Source of the DNA: a virus
Strand: one strand, 5' to 3'
DNA length: 64,000 bases
IMG/VR virus record: IMGVR_UViG_3300009104_000002
Coordinates: 1-64,000 of that record
Both the position numbers and the translations under genes were made by a program. Positions 53,690 through 61,372 of the stretch are shown piece after piece. Numbering within the stretch: the first letter of the stretch is position 1; the number at the start of each line of letters is the position of its first letter. The notes below the pieces were generated by a model. That model worked only from the letters and a program-made list of their open reading frames with translations. It did no database searches and was not told the DNA's origin.

Positions 53690-54017
53690 CTTGCGTCCTC
53701 CTTCTCTTATTTTTTGATTCTATATAATCCAATCCGAGCTTATATGGCTTTGGCTTTCCGGACTTCTCCCCTATCTCAATAAGATAGTGGGGGAATCCCC
53801 TTGCCCATTTCTTCCATTTCATCTCGCTCGAAAACTGCTTTTTATACATCAAGGTTTTTGTCTTAGTCGCCGGATCGTATCCCTCTCCGTATTCCTTCCA
53901 ATCTTTCAACTCTTTTAGTATTTTGTTCTTATTCCTAACTCCCTTAATACCATCAACCTGTATGATATAAGTGAAATTATTATCTTTTTTTGTGTGCTTC
54001 CATGCAGTTGCCTTCAC
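53664..54017 (-). CDS. basic hypothetical protein
   Basis: GGGAGGA RBS with GTG start; promoter at 54039. Confidence 0.7.
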   Translation of the reverse strand: MKATAWKHTKKDNNFTYIIQVDGIKGVRNKNKILKELKDWKEYGEGYDPATKTKTLMYKKQFSSEMKWKKWARGFPHYLIEIGEKSGKPKPYKLGLDYIESKNKRRRTQDGKPKASR

Positions 54018-54038
54018 TAGAATCCTCCCACTATACTA

Positions 54039-54067
54039 AGTATATACCTTTTTCAATTGAATGTCAA
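54039..54067 (-). promoter_or_regulatory. sigma70 promoter TTGACA-N17-TATACT
   Basis: agtata at 54039 and tgtcaa at 54062. Confidence 0.7.
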
Positions 54068-54462
54068 GAACTTTTTATTACTTTCTCCAAATATCTCATT
54101 GCGCCTTGCCAGTCTCGATACTCAATGTGTGCGGAGTAATCGGGAGGAAATCTCAGAAGGATTTTCTTTATTGCTTTTCTCTTCCACTTTTTAATATTAA
54201 CCTCATCAATATTGATTGATACTTTTATTTGATTTTCCGGTACTTGTAAATCTTTCATCGTTTTTCTTTTTACTTCTTTTAAGAATATCATATCTTCATA
54301 AGACCAAACCAATAATTGGAGAGAATAGAGTTCTGCTATTTTTAGTATTTGCACCGCCTGTGAAGAGCCATAGACTCTGCTAAAAATTCTGTGAAATAAA
54401 ATTCCAAGTAAACAACCAATTATTATATTTATCATATCATTGCCAAAATGCACAAATGCCAC
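54064..54462 (-). CDS. hypothetical protein with N-terminal TM
   Basis: IIIGCLLGILF segment. Confidence 0.65.
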   Translation of the reverse strand: MAFVHFGNDMINIIIGCLLGILFHRIFSRVYGSSQAVQILKIAELYSLQLLVWSYEDMIFLKEVKRKTMKDLQVPENQIKVSINIDEVNIKKWKRKAIKKILLRFPPDYSAHIEYRDWQGAMRYLEKVIKSS

Positions 54463-54507
54463 GACAGATTGTGAGTAATGGCCGTGGCATTTGTATAATT
54501 ATCTTTG

Positions 54508-55233
54508 CTATTTTCTACTCTTGGAAGCCATTTTAGCCAAGCGCTGCTTGACCCTTCTAGTGATTTCTTGCACAACTTCATCTCTGGATGTGGCAGTATC
54601 ATCGGCCTCTTGACGCAAGCGCGGGATTGCCCTTTCTCTTCCCCTAGATCTAGCGCGTGCTTTTGATCCCAACGAAGAATCGTCGTCGTCGTCATCTTTT
54701 TTGTCGTCATCTTTTTTGTCGTCATCTCCCTCCTCGGATAAGACGCTATTGAGAATTTCGTCCAAAGTTTCCTCTTCTTCCGCAGAAAATTCGACTTCTT
54801 CTTCGCCGCCCTCTTCTGGGCCCATGTCCACGGGGTCTTCCATATCAATTTCGTCGCCCATTTCAATTTCGTCGCCCATTTCAATTTCGTCGGCGCCTTG
54901 ATCAGAAACCTGCACATTGACACCAGCCATGGCGGCAAGGGCCTCCAAATCACTAGCAATTCTCAACACCAAAGATTCGGCGTCTTCTTCGCCGGCTGGA
55001 CCCATTGGATCTTCAATATCTAATTCGGCGTCCATATCCAATTCCATCTCTTCTTCGTCTGGGCCCATTCCAGGAATTTCTTCCTCCACGTCTGCCTCAA
55101 CATCAATTTCTTCCTCGTCTCGCTGGTACATTTCCTCTTCGTCAATGTTTCCAACAAAATTTGAAGTCACGTTTTCATTTAGATTAGCCAATTTCATAAA
55201 ACGTCGGACTTCATTCAAATACTTCTTGCTCAT
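54508..55233 (-). CDS. highly acidic scaffold/core-like protein with coding micro-repeats
   Basis: MSKKYLNEVRRFMKLANLNE; 18-bp repeats at 54845-54892 (DEIEMG); 15-bp repeats at 54688-54727 (DDKKD); C-terminal basic helix. Confidence 0.7.
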   Translation of the reverse strand: MSKKYLNEVRRFMKLANLNENVTSNFVGNIDEEEMYQRDEEEIDVEADVEEEIPGMGPDEEEMELDMDAELDIEDPMGPAGEEDAESLVLRIASDLEALAAMAGVNVQVSDQGADEIEMGDEIEMGDEIDMEDPVDMGPEEGGEEEVEFSAEEEETLDEILNSVLSEEGDDDKKDDDKKDDDDDDSSLGSKARARSRGRERAIPRLRQEADDTATSRDEVVQEITRRVKQRLAKMASKSRK

Positions 55234-55314
55234 AATTTGTTCTCCTAAAACTCACAAAGAATAACAGTTTTTCATTTATAAATAGTTCTCTGATTTTTAA
55301 AAAACCCTGATATT

Positions 55315-55644
55315 TTATAAATCTGGGTGCTCTTTTTCTAAAATATCAAAAATATTTTCTATTTCCTTATCTTCGAGACCGAACTTTCTTTTAATTTTAT
55401 CGGCGCCGGTGATAGAATCCTTAACAATTTTGGCCTGCCTCTTACTTTGGGCGTGTTGTTCGCCCTTGTATTTCCAGATAAAGTTCATGAAATTGGGATC
55501 CCCCTCCAAGTATGCAGTTAGGACTGCCCTAAAGAACTTAGTCTTAGTTAGTCCATCATGCTTTAATCGGATCATTAAATCTGCATTTCTCTTATCCGTA
55601 TCCATAAAAGAAATTCTTTTATCCCTCTTGCCATAGTCTGACAC
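55315..55644 (-). CDS. small putative DNA-binding (ribbon-helix-helix-like) protein
   Basis: KRISF...LMIRLKHDGLTKTKFFRAVL. Confidence 0.55.
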   Translation of the reverse strand: MSDYGKRDKRISFMDTDKRNADLMIRLKHDGLTKTKFFRAVLTAYLEGDPNFMNFIWKYKGEQHAQSKRQAKIVKDSITGADKIKRKFGLEDKEIENIFDILEKEHPDL

Positions 55645-56672
55645 TATTTTCTTCCTAAAATATGCGTACTACTTTCAAGCTGGCCGGCCGTAGTCTGGAA
55701 AACAAATTGAGATTTTGCGTGCAGTTCGGCCATACTGGTAGCTCCAGAATAAGAAAACCCACTCCGTATTCCATTATCCAAATCTAAAAGAATGTCCAAA
55801 ACATTTCCACGATAGGGTACTGTTGTGGAGATCCCCTCGTTTGAACTGTGTGTCCCCCTCCAATCATGTTGAGCCTCTTTGCTTGCCATTCCTCGATAAG
55901 TCTTATATTTTTTTCCCTGCGAGGAGGTGAAAGTCGGACCTGGAGTTTGCTCTGTTCCAGCTAATATAGAACCCAACATAACAAAGTCGGCGCCGGCAGC
56001 AAGCGCTTTAACAATATCTCCACTATTTCTGATCCCGCCGTCAGCAATAATTCTTACATCCCCCCAAGTATCGGAAGATGCACAATCCAACACTGACTGG
56101 AAGGTTGGCACGCCATGGCCAGTCTGTATCCTCGTAGAGCAAATTGATCCTCCGCCGATCCCCACTCGAATAGAGTTTGCACCCCACGATGCCAAATCCT
56201 CGAAGGCGCGCTTGGTGGCGACGTTTCCAGCCATGATATGAATATGGGGGAACTCTCTCTTAATATTTTCTATTGCCTCTCTCATCATCGAGTGATGACC
56301 ATGGGCAACATCCAAACAAAGAATGGCGGCTCCCCTCTCTACGAGAGTCTCGGCCCGGTGAAAATAATCCCCACTAATTCCCGTGGCAGCAGCAACATTT
56401 TCTATTCCGTTTTCTCGGCACAGCCAAACCATATTTGCTTGTTCTTCGATGGAGTTATATCTATGGATAACCCCCAAACCACCAGACCGGTCCATTCTGA
56501 CTGCCATCTCTACTTCCGTAATGGTGTCCATCGGGGAAGAAATAATGGGAGCAGTAAAAATTCTTTCGTCGTCCAGTGAGTTGCCGATTCTCACTTGCAG
56601 CCTGCTTTCAACATCTGAATATTGCGGCACCAATAAGACATCGTCATATGAGAGGCATTGTTTAATTTTCAT
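55644..56672 (-). CDS. guaB: IMP dehydrogenase / GMP reductase family, lacking CBS domains
   Basis: LSYDDVLLVP, SSPMDT, GNVAT, RVGIGGGSICSTR, IADGGI and YRGMAS. Confidence 0.88.
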   Translation of the reverse strand: MKIKQCLSYDDVLLVPQYSDVESRLQVRIGNSLDDERIFTAPIISSPMDTITEVEMAVRMDRSGGLGVIHRYNSIEEQANMVWLCRENGIENVAAATGISGDYFHRAETLVERGAAILCLDVAHGHHSMMREAIENIKREFPHIHIMAGNVATKRAFEDLASWGANSIRVGIGGGSICSTRIQTGHGVPTFQSVLDCASSDTWGDVRIIADGGIRNSGDIVKALAAGADFVMLGSILAGTEQTPGPTFTSSQGKKYKTYRGMASKEAQHDWRGTHSSNEGISTTVPYRGNVLDILLDLDNGIRSGFSYSGATSMAELHAKSQFVFQTTAGQLESSTHILGRK

Positions 56673-57202
56673 AATTTGTCCCCAAGCTCCCAGCCAAGCG
56701 GCATTTCATAAGGATCAATTGAGCCTTGAGGAATGCCCCCCTTGTCTGTTGATCCAAGTGCGCCATCGCCCCTGTCACTCAGCGTAATGGGATACCACTC
56801 GTAGAGATTATCCTGTGATGTTTCCAGTGCTCGAAAGTGAACAACGGGAACCATTACAATTTGCGCGATCTTCATTCCTCGCTTAATAAATTGTGTTTCT
56901 ATACCGACATTGTGTAAATTAACAAAAACCTCTCCGTCATAACCAGAGTCAACGACACAGGCTCCGACGAGTAAACTGCGTTTTGAGGCGTTGCCGCTGC
57001 GGTTCTTGACTTCAAGCATATAACCGTGGGGGATTCCGAACTTTAATCCTGTCGAGAATAGTTTGCTCTCTCCTGGTTCAAGGTAAACTCCCTTTATTTC
57101 TCCGTCGTCTGGATTAAAATGAACATCCAATCCTGCATCGGATGGGTTTGCTCTTGTTGGCGGAATTGCATCCGGCCTTGTTCGATAATACTCTAAAATC
57201 AT
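56669..57202 (-). CDS. dut: trimeric dUTPase
   Basis: DAGLD, KNRSG, GACVVDSGYDGE, KIAQIV and RGDGALGST. Confidence 0.95.
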   Translation of the reverse strand: MILEYYRTRPDAIPPTRANPSDAGLDVHFNPDDGEIKGVYLEPGESKLFSTGLKFGIPHGYMLEVKNRSGNASKRSLLVGACVVDSGYDGEVFVNLHNVGIETQFIKRGMKIAQIVMVPVVHFRALETSQDNLYEWYPITLSDRGDGALGSTDKGGIPQGSIDPYEMPLGWELGDKL

Positions 57203-58140
57203 TCTTCTTTCTCCAAAGTGTTTAAGTGATTTTCAATTCTTTGCTTGCTTTTGTTAAAAAAATCCTCATCTAATTCACATCCAATAAACTTTCTACTGGT
57301 ATGTATGGCCGCAATGGCCGTTGTGGCCGAGCCGGCAAATGGATCCAAAACCAAATCCCCCTCTTTTGAATGCTTCAAAATTAAGTCCTTGAACAGTGGG
57401 AGGCTTTTTTGTGTGGGATGGAACCTTTCTTTGCCTCCCTGCACAGGATGAAAATGTATTCCATTATCAATGTATATTCCATTATCGTATTTGCTATTGA
57501 ATGTTGGCTTAGACTTTTTGATACCAAGCAACGCTATCTCTCGACAGTTGGTTAGATAATTTACTTTACTATTGATCGGTTGCGGATTTGTTTTAATCCA
57601 CTCAATAAACCTAATCTGTTTAAATTTTGCACCCTCCAATAATTCTTTTAAGTTTGTAATCTTCCACAAATCAAAAAAGATAATGCAAGTGCCTCCAGGC
57701 TTGAGGATTCTGTAAAAGTGATTAATGAATAGCTCAAGTTGTTCCAGTGTAAATTCGGAATCCCACTTGCCATAATTGGTTGTAACGGCATATTTCTTTC
57801 CGTAGATGCTGCCATACTTTAAGAAGTCGGCCTTCATCTTGGCTAGCTTCTTCTCTCGACTCGCCGGCTTAATTTTAGAATTTTCAAACCATAAATCCCA
57901 TTGTTCTTTTGTTTTATAAGCTCCCCACTCCTCTTCCGTCTTAATATTCGTGGAGTCGGACGCATCTTGTTTCTCAACATGACCCACCCACTTATCCATT
58001 CCAGTCTTTCTGGACGTGATGTAGGGTGGGTCAGTTAGGATGAGGTCAATGGAATTATCGGGAATGTCCGATAGAAATTGTAGACCTTCTTGGTGGAGTA
58101 GTATGGCTGAACTCATTATAGGGTATTTCTCGAAACCCAA
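57199..58140 (-). CDS. beta-class N6A/N4C DNA methyltransferase
   Basis: DLILTDPPY near the N-terminus; HPTQKS and VLDPFAGSATT near the C-terminus. Confidence 0.93.
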   Translation of the reverse strand: MGFEKYPIMSSAILLHQEGLQFLSDIPDNSIDLILTDPPYITSRKTGMDKWVGHVEKQDASDSTNIKTEEEWGAYKTKEQWDLWFENSKIKPASREKKLAKMKADFLKYGSIYGKKYAVTTNYGKWDSEFTLEQLELFINHFYRILKPGGTCIIFFDLWKITNLKELLEGAKFKQIRFIEWIKTNPQPINSKVNYLTNCREIALLGIKKSKPTFNSKYDNGIYIDNGIHFHPVQGGKERFHPTQKSLPLFKDLILKHSKEGDLVLDPFAGSATTAIAAIHTSRKFIGCELDEDFFNKSKQRIENHLNTLEKEE

Positions 58141-59207
58141 GTACCTTTTAAGATATGAACTGAAGTCTCTTTGAGGGTTTGTGGCATCCAGAAAATCTCA
58201 TCGAAAGCATTGAAAATATTTTTATTCCACTTTTTGGCCTTCTTTTCGATGGTTATTCGCGAAGCAGCCACAGTAGCCGTTGTCGAATCATTGAGTACTC
58301 CGACAACAATCATATGATCGATGTTTTTATTGTGTCTCAAAAGAGATGCATTGGTTGGAAGGGCGCCACCCATTTCAGACTTCTGGCTTGCAAAATATAT
58401 TCCATATACTACATTGTTTATTTTTACCACCGAACCGGAAAGCTTTGAATCCAAATCCGACTCTTTAATACCATAGGGGTTGTGGGCGCAGAAATATTCT
58501 GCTATCTTTGCTTTACTATAGTTGGCAAAACTCAATCCAACATTGGGATTACCATTTTGAATAAGCTTATTCCAAACTCCTTTGAATTTACGGCCGCCCC
58601 AAAAAGGCGTATTGCTTTTCATAAATGCTCTAGCTCGATCGTATTTATCTTTATCACTCAGGCTCTGGAATGAGGTTGGGTAGCCAATATCGAGACCCCC
58701 TTGAGATATATATTCCCTCAACATGTTGACCATTTCGTCTTTTGTAGCCGGGGATGAAGGCAGCTTATCGCCATTTTCCCTCATCTTAAGTGCTGTGCGC
58801 TCGGCTGGACTGCCCGTGAAAACCCAAGCCCAAATACCCGGCTCTCCAGTAATTGGGTGGTTAGCAATTGCTAGGCCTTTTGCGTAAGCATCATTAGCGG
58901 CCCACTCCCTATGGCATCCGAACACAATATCGAATTTACCTGTTGCTGGGTTCCACTCCAAACAGATGGGTTCTATTTGTCCTTTCGGGTCAGATATAAA
59001 AGATTCAAGAATTTGAGTTACCTTAGTTGACAGTGTGCCGCCGGAGCGCGCCGGATTGTGTGAGAAACTCTCAATATCACTTAGAGGAACAAAATAGCAC
59101 GTCTTTATTCCATCAACTGGGCACTCCATACGTTGATTTTTATAGTTTTGTAAATTACAGCTTCTTTGCGCGCTGCTTTTCAAATTAACAACTTTCCCAT
59201 AATTCAT
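58116..59207 (-). CDS. ParB/Srx-like N-terminal domain protein
   Basis: HNPAR...ILESF..DPKGQIEPICL...FDIVFGCHREWA matches the ParB GxxR core. Confidence 0.65.
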   Translation of the reverse strand: MNYGKVVNLKSSAQRSCNLQNYKNQRMECPVDGIKTCYFVPLSDIESFSHNPARSGGTLSTKVTQILESFISDPKGQIEPICLEWNPATGKFDIVFGCHREWAANDAYAKGLAIANHPITGEPGIWAWVFTGSPAERTALKMRENGDKLPSSPATKDEMVNMLREYISQGGLDIGYPTSFQSLSDKDKYDRARAFMKSNTPFWGGRKFKGVWNKLIQNGNPNVGLSFANYSKAKIAEYFCAHNPYGIKESDLDSKLSGSVVKINNVVYGIYFASQKSEMGGALPTNASLLRHNKNIDHMIVVGVLNDSTTATVAASRITIEKKAKKWNKNIFNAFDEIFWMPQTLKETSVHILKGTWVSRNTL

Positions 59208-59208
59208 C

Positions 59209-59703
59209 TTAAATTACCTTTGTTCCATATTTTTTAATCTCTGTCCAAGTAATGTTCGCACTTAAACGAGGATCCTTCTTCTGGAGAACGGTATCAAACT
59301 TTTTACGAAGTTTCGGTTTTAATAGTTTAAAGACTGTCTTTCCGCTCATTTTCCAACTCTCCACAAGCTTTCCCTTGTTGAAGCGATTGTAGTAATGCTC
59401 TGGGTACTTGGCGATTTTTTCTTTTTCCAGGTATGCTTCCTGCTCTTTCCAGGTTGGCTGAACAGAAATACCAGTATAGGCTCCCTTGGGGTTCTTGCTG
59501 GTTGTAGATTTGTATTCTACTGGCTCTCCCTTTTGGTTAAATGCATCTGCACCCGAAAAGGTTTGAGCCACAGTGTGACCAAGAACTATCGCAGCATTGA
59601 TCTCCTTTGAGCGAGCATAGCTGAATGGATCACCCCATCCTTGCTCTTCGCAAAGTTGGGCTATATTTTCATAAAGGTTTTGATATTTTTGTTCTGGTGT
59701 CAT
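59209..59703 (-). CDS. PvuII-like type II restriction endonuclease (PD-(D/E)xK)
   Basis: SGADAFNQKGEPVEYKS, IAKY and C-terminal KYGTKVI parallel R.PvuII EGNDAVDNAGQEYELKS, IAKY and EHGTKIY (recalled sequence); similar length. Confidence 0.65.
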   Translation of the reverse strand: MTPEQKYQNLYENIAQLCEEQGWGDPFSYARSKEINAAIVLGHTVAQTFSGADAFNQKGEPVEYKSTTSKNPKGAYTGISVQPTWKEQEAYLEKEKIAKYPEHYYNRFNKGKLVESWKMSGKTVFKLLKPKLRKKFDTVLQKKDPRLSANITWTEIKKYGTKVI

Positions 59704-60014
59704 TACACCTTTCCTGCCACTTTTGCAAGTGATTCATAAACTTGTGTAAATTCATCGAAGTCAAAGTCTTTTGTGCTCATCATTCGATAAGCCTTGACAG
59801 TCATAGAGATCTCATCTCCAGTCAGCCAGCCCTGCTCTTTAAAGTCTTTCTTGAGTTCACGCTTTTGCTCCTTGAATGGCTCCATAGAATCCTCAAGGGC
59901 CTTGAGGCTGCGAACATATTCAATCATCTTTTGCTCTTTTGTGCTAACGTTTTCATCCTCCACTTCTGCGTGAATTTCAACTACATTTTCAAAAATTTCT
60001 AAACCACTCATCAT
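59703..60014 (-). CDS. GapR / T4 DsbA-like dsDNA-binding protein
   Basis: EYVRSLKALEDSMEPFKEQKRELKKDFKEQGW...KAYRM. Confidence 0.6.
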   Translation of the reverse strand: MMSGLEIFENVVEIHAEVEDENVSTKEQKMIEYVRSLKALEDSMEPFKEQKRELKKDFKEQGWLTGDEISMTVKAYRMMSTKDFDFDEFTQVYESLAKVAGKV

Positions 60015-60046
60015 AATCGGTGTTCTCCTGTTTTGTTTCTAATACT

Positions 60047-60075
60047 AATATAACATATAATTTTACTTCTGTCAA
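60047..60075 (-). promoter_or_regulatory. sigma70 promoter TTGACA-N17-TATATT
   Basis: aatata at 60047 and tgtcaa at 60070. Confidence 0.7.
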
Positions 60076-60317
60076 GGATTTATTTTATTTTTTATTATTA
60101 TCCAACAACCAAAATTATTGTAATTTTCTGGAAAATATCCCAATTCATATTTTTCTGCGATCTCTTTTGTTTTTTCTATGAAAGTTTCCGAATACCCTGT
60201 TATTATTTTTACCGGCAATCTTTGAAAATTATCTGTTATAAATTTCTCTATTATAAAATCAGCGGCCTCGTGACTCTCCCCATGCAAGTCGAGTATTAGC
60301 CAACGAGGATCGCTCAT
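60072..60317 (-). CDS. stand-alone Smr domain protein
   Basis: LDLHG...IEKFI...VKIITGYS...NNFG. Confidence 0.75.
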   Translation of the reverse strand: MSDPRWLILDLHGESHEAADFIIEKFITDNFQRLPVKIITGYSETFIEKTKEIAEKYELGYFPENYNNFGCWIIIKNKINP

Positions 60318-61321
60318 TAAATTGTCTCTGGACTTGAAGAGAAAACTACGTCAATTGCCCCCAAATAATCCGTTATATATGCGCAGAATTGTTCCTTATT
60401 TTGAAAGGCAAACAAATTGTTGTTTGTTCTGCCTCCGACATACAACGACCATGCCTCCACTTTTTCTAAAATATCAATCTTGTTTATTATTAAATGTGTC
60501 ACCCCGTTTACATCAATTGCTTTTTGCAAACCAGGAAGACTCAACCAGTTGCATTGTCTTGGGCGCCCAGTCGTTGCGCCGAACTCCTGCCCCACTTCCT
60601 GCAAAATATGAAACACATCCTCATCTGGTTGGAAATCTTTTGACCCCACATATGTTTCGTATGCTTTTGCTACCCCGTAAACATTCCTCACGGACTTTGG
60701 CGCGAAACCATTAAGAAGTGCGCCGGCAGTAGTACAGTGACTGCTGGTGACATAAGGGTAATCACCCCAATCAATATCCAAATTAAAACCCTGTGCGCCC
60801 TCACAAAGAACAGTGGCATCCGGAGAGCGTAAATAAAACTCCTCGTACATATCAATTAAGTAATCATGCAACACTGGAAAGTCTGCGGCGCGCGTGCCTA
60901 TTCTGGCATACTTGTCTCCATAACACGGGCCGTTACCCGTCCTTGTTGTACCAATACGCTCTTCTCCGCTATCTGCTGCGGTGTGCTTTTCTTTAATCAT
61001 ATGGGCGTTTTTTGCAATAAAGATTTTGTCGGCAACATCGATACCACCCTCCCTGAGCATTTTGATCTCTGCAAAGAACTTATGAATATCCACCACACAT
61101 CCAGGGCCGATAATGCTTTTAATCCCGAAAAATACGCCGGCCGGTATGTGGTGTGTGACAAACTTTTCGCCCTTATGATATATGGTGTGCCCCGCATTGC
61201 AACCACCATTATATCTGACACAGTGTGTATATTTTCCGTTTTTTAAAAGGTGGTGAGTTACTTTCCCTTTCCCCTCATCACCGTGTTGAACGCCAACAAC
61301 AACATCAACCGTTAAAGACAT
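60317..61321 (-). CDS. purA: adenylosuccinate synthetase (short form)
   Basis: QHGDEGKGK, GGCNAGHT, IGTTRTG, EGAQG, YPYVTSS and EFGATTGRPRQCNW. Confidence 0.95.
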   Translation of the reverse strand: MSLTVDVVVGVQHGDEGKGKVTHHLLKNGKYTHCVRYNGGCNAGHTIYHKGEKFVTHHIPAGVFFGIKSIIGPGCVVDIHKFFAEIKMLREGGIDVADKIFIAKNAHMIKEKHTAADSGEERIGTTRTGNGPCYGDKYARIGTRAADFPVLHDYLIDMYEEFYLRSPDATVLCEGAQGFNLDIDWGDYPYVTSSHCTTAGALLNGFAPKSVRNVYGVAKAYETYVGSKDFQPDEDVFHILQEVGQEFGATTGRPRQCNWLSLPGLQKAIDVNGVTHLIINKIDILEKVEAWSLYVGGRTNNNLFAFQNKEQFCAYITDYLGAIDVVFSSSPETI

Positions 61322-61343
61322 CTCTTCTCCTATTTACTTTATT

Positions 61344-61372
61344 AGTATAGCAGCTTTTCTTTTCCGTGTCAA
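61344..61372 (-). promoter_or_regulatory. sigma70 promoter TTGACA-N17-TATACT
   Basis: agtata at 61344 and tgtcaa at 61367. Confidence 0.7.

Noticed and set aside
60317-61321. PurZ (2-aminoadenine, Z-genome) pathway
   Set aside because: The catalytic loop is GDEGKG with Asp as in PurA; PurZ has Ser there (GSTGKG). No dATPase or MazZ is seen nearby.
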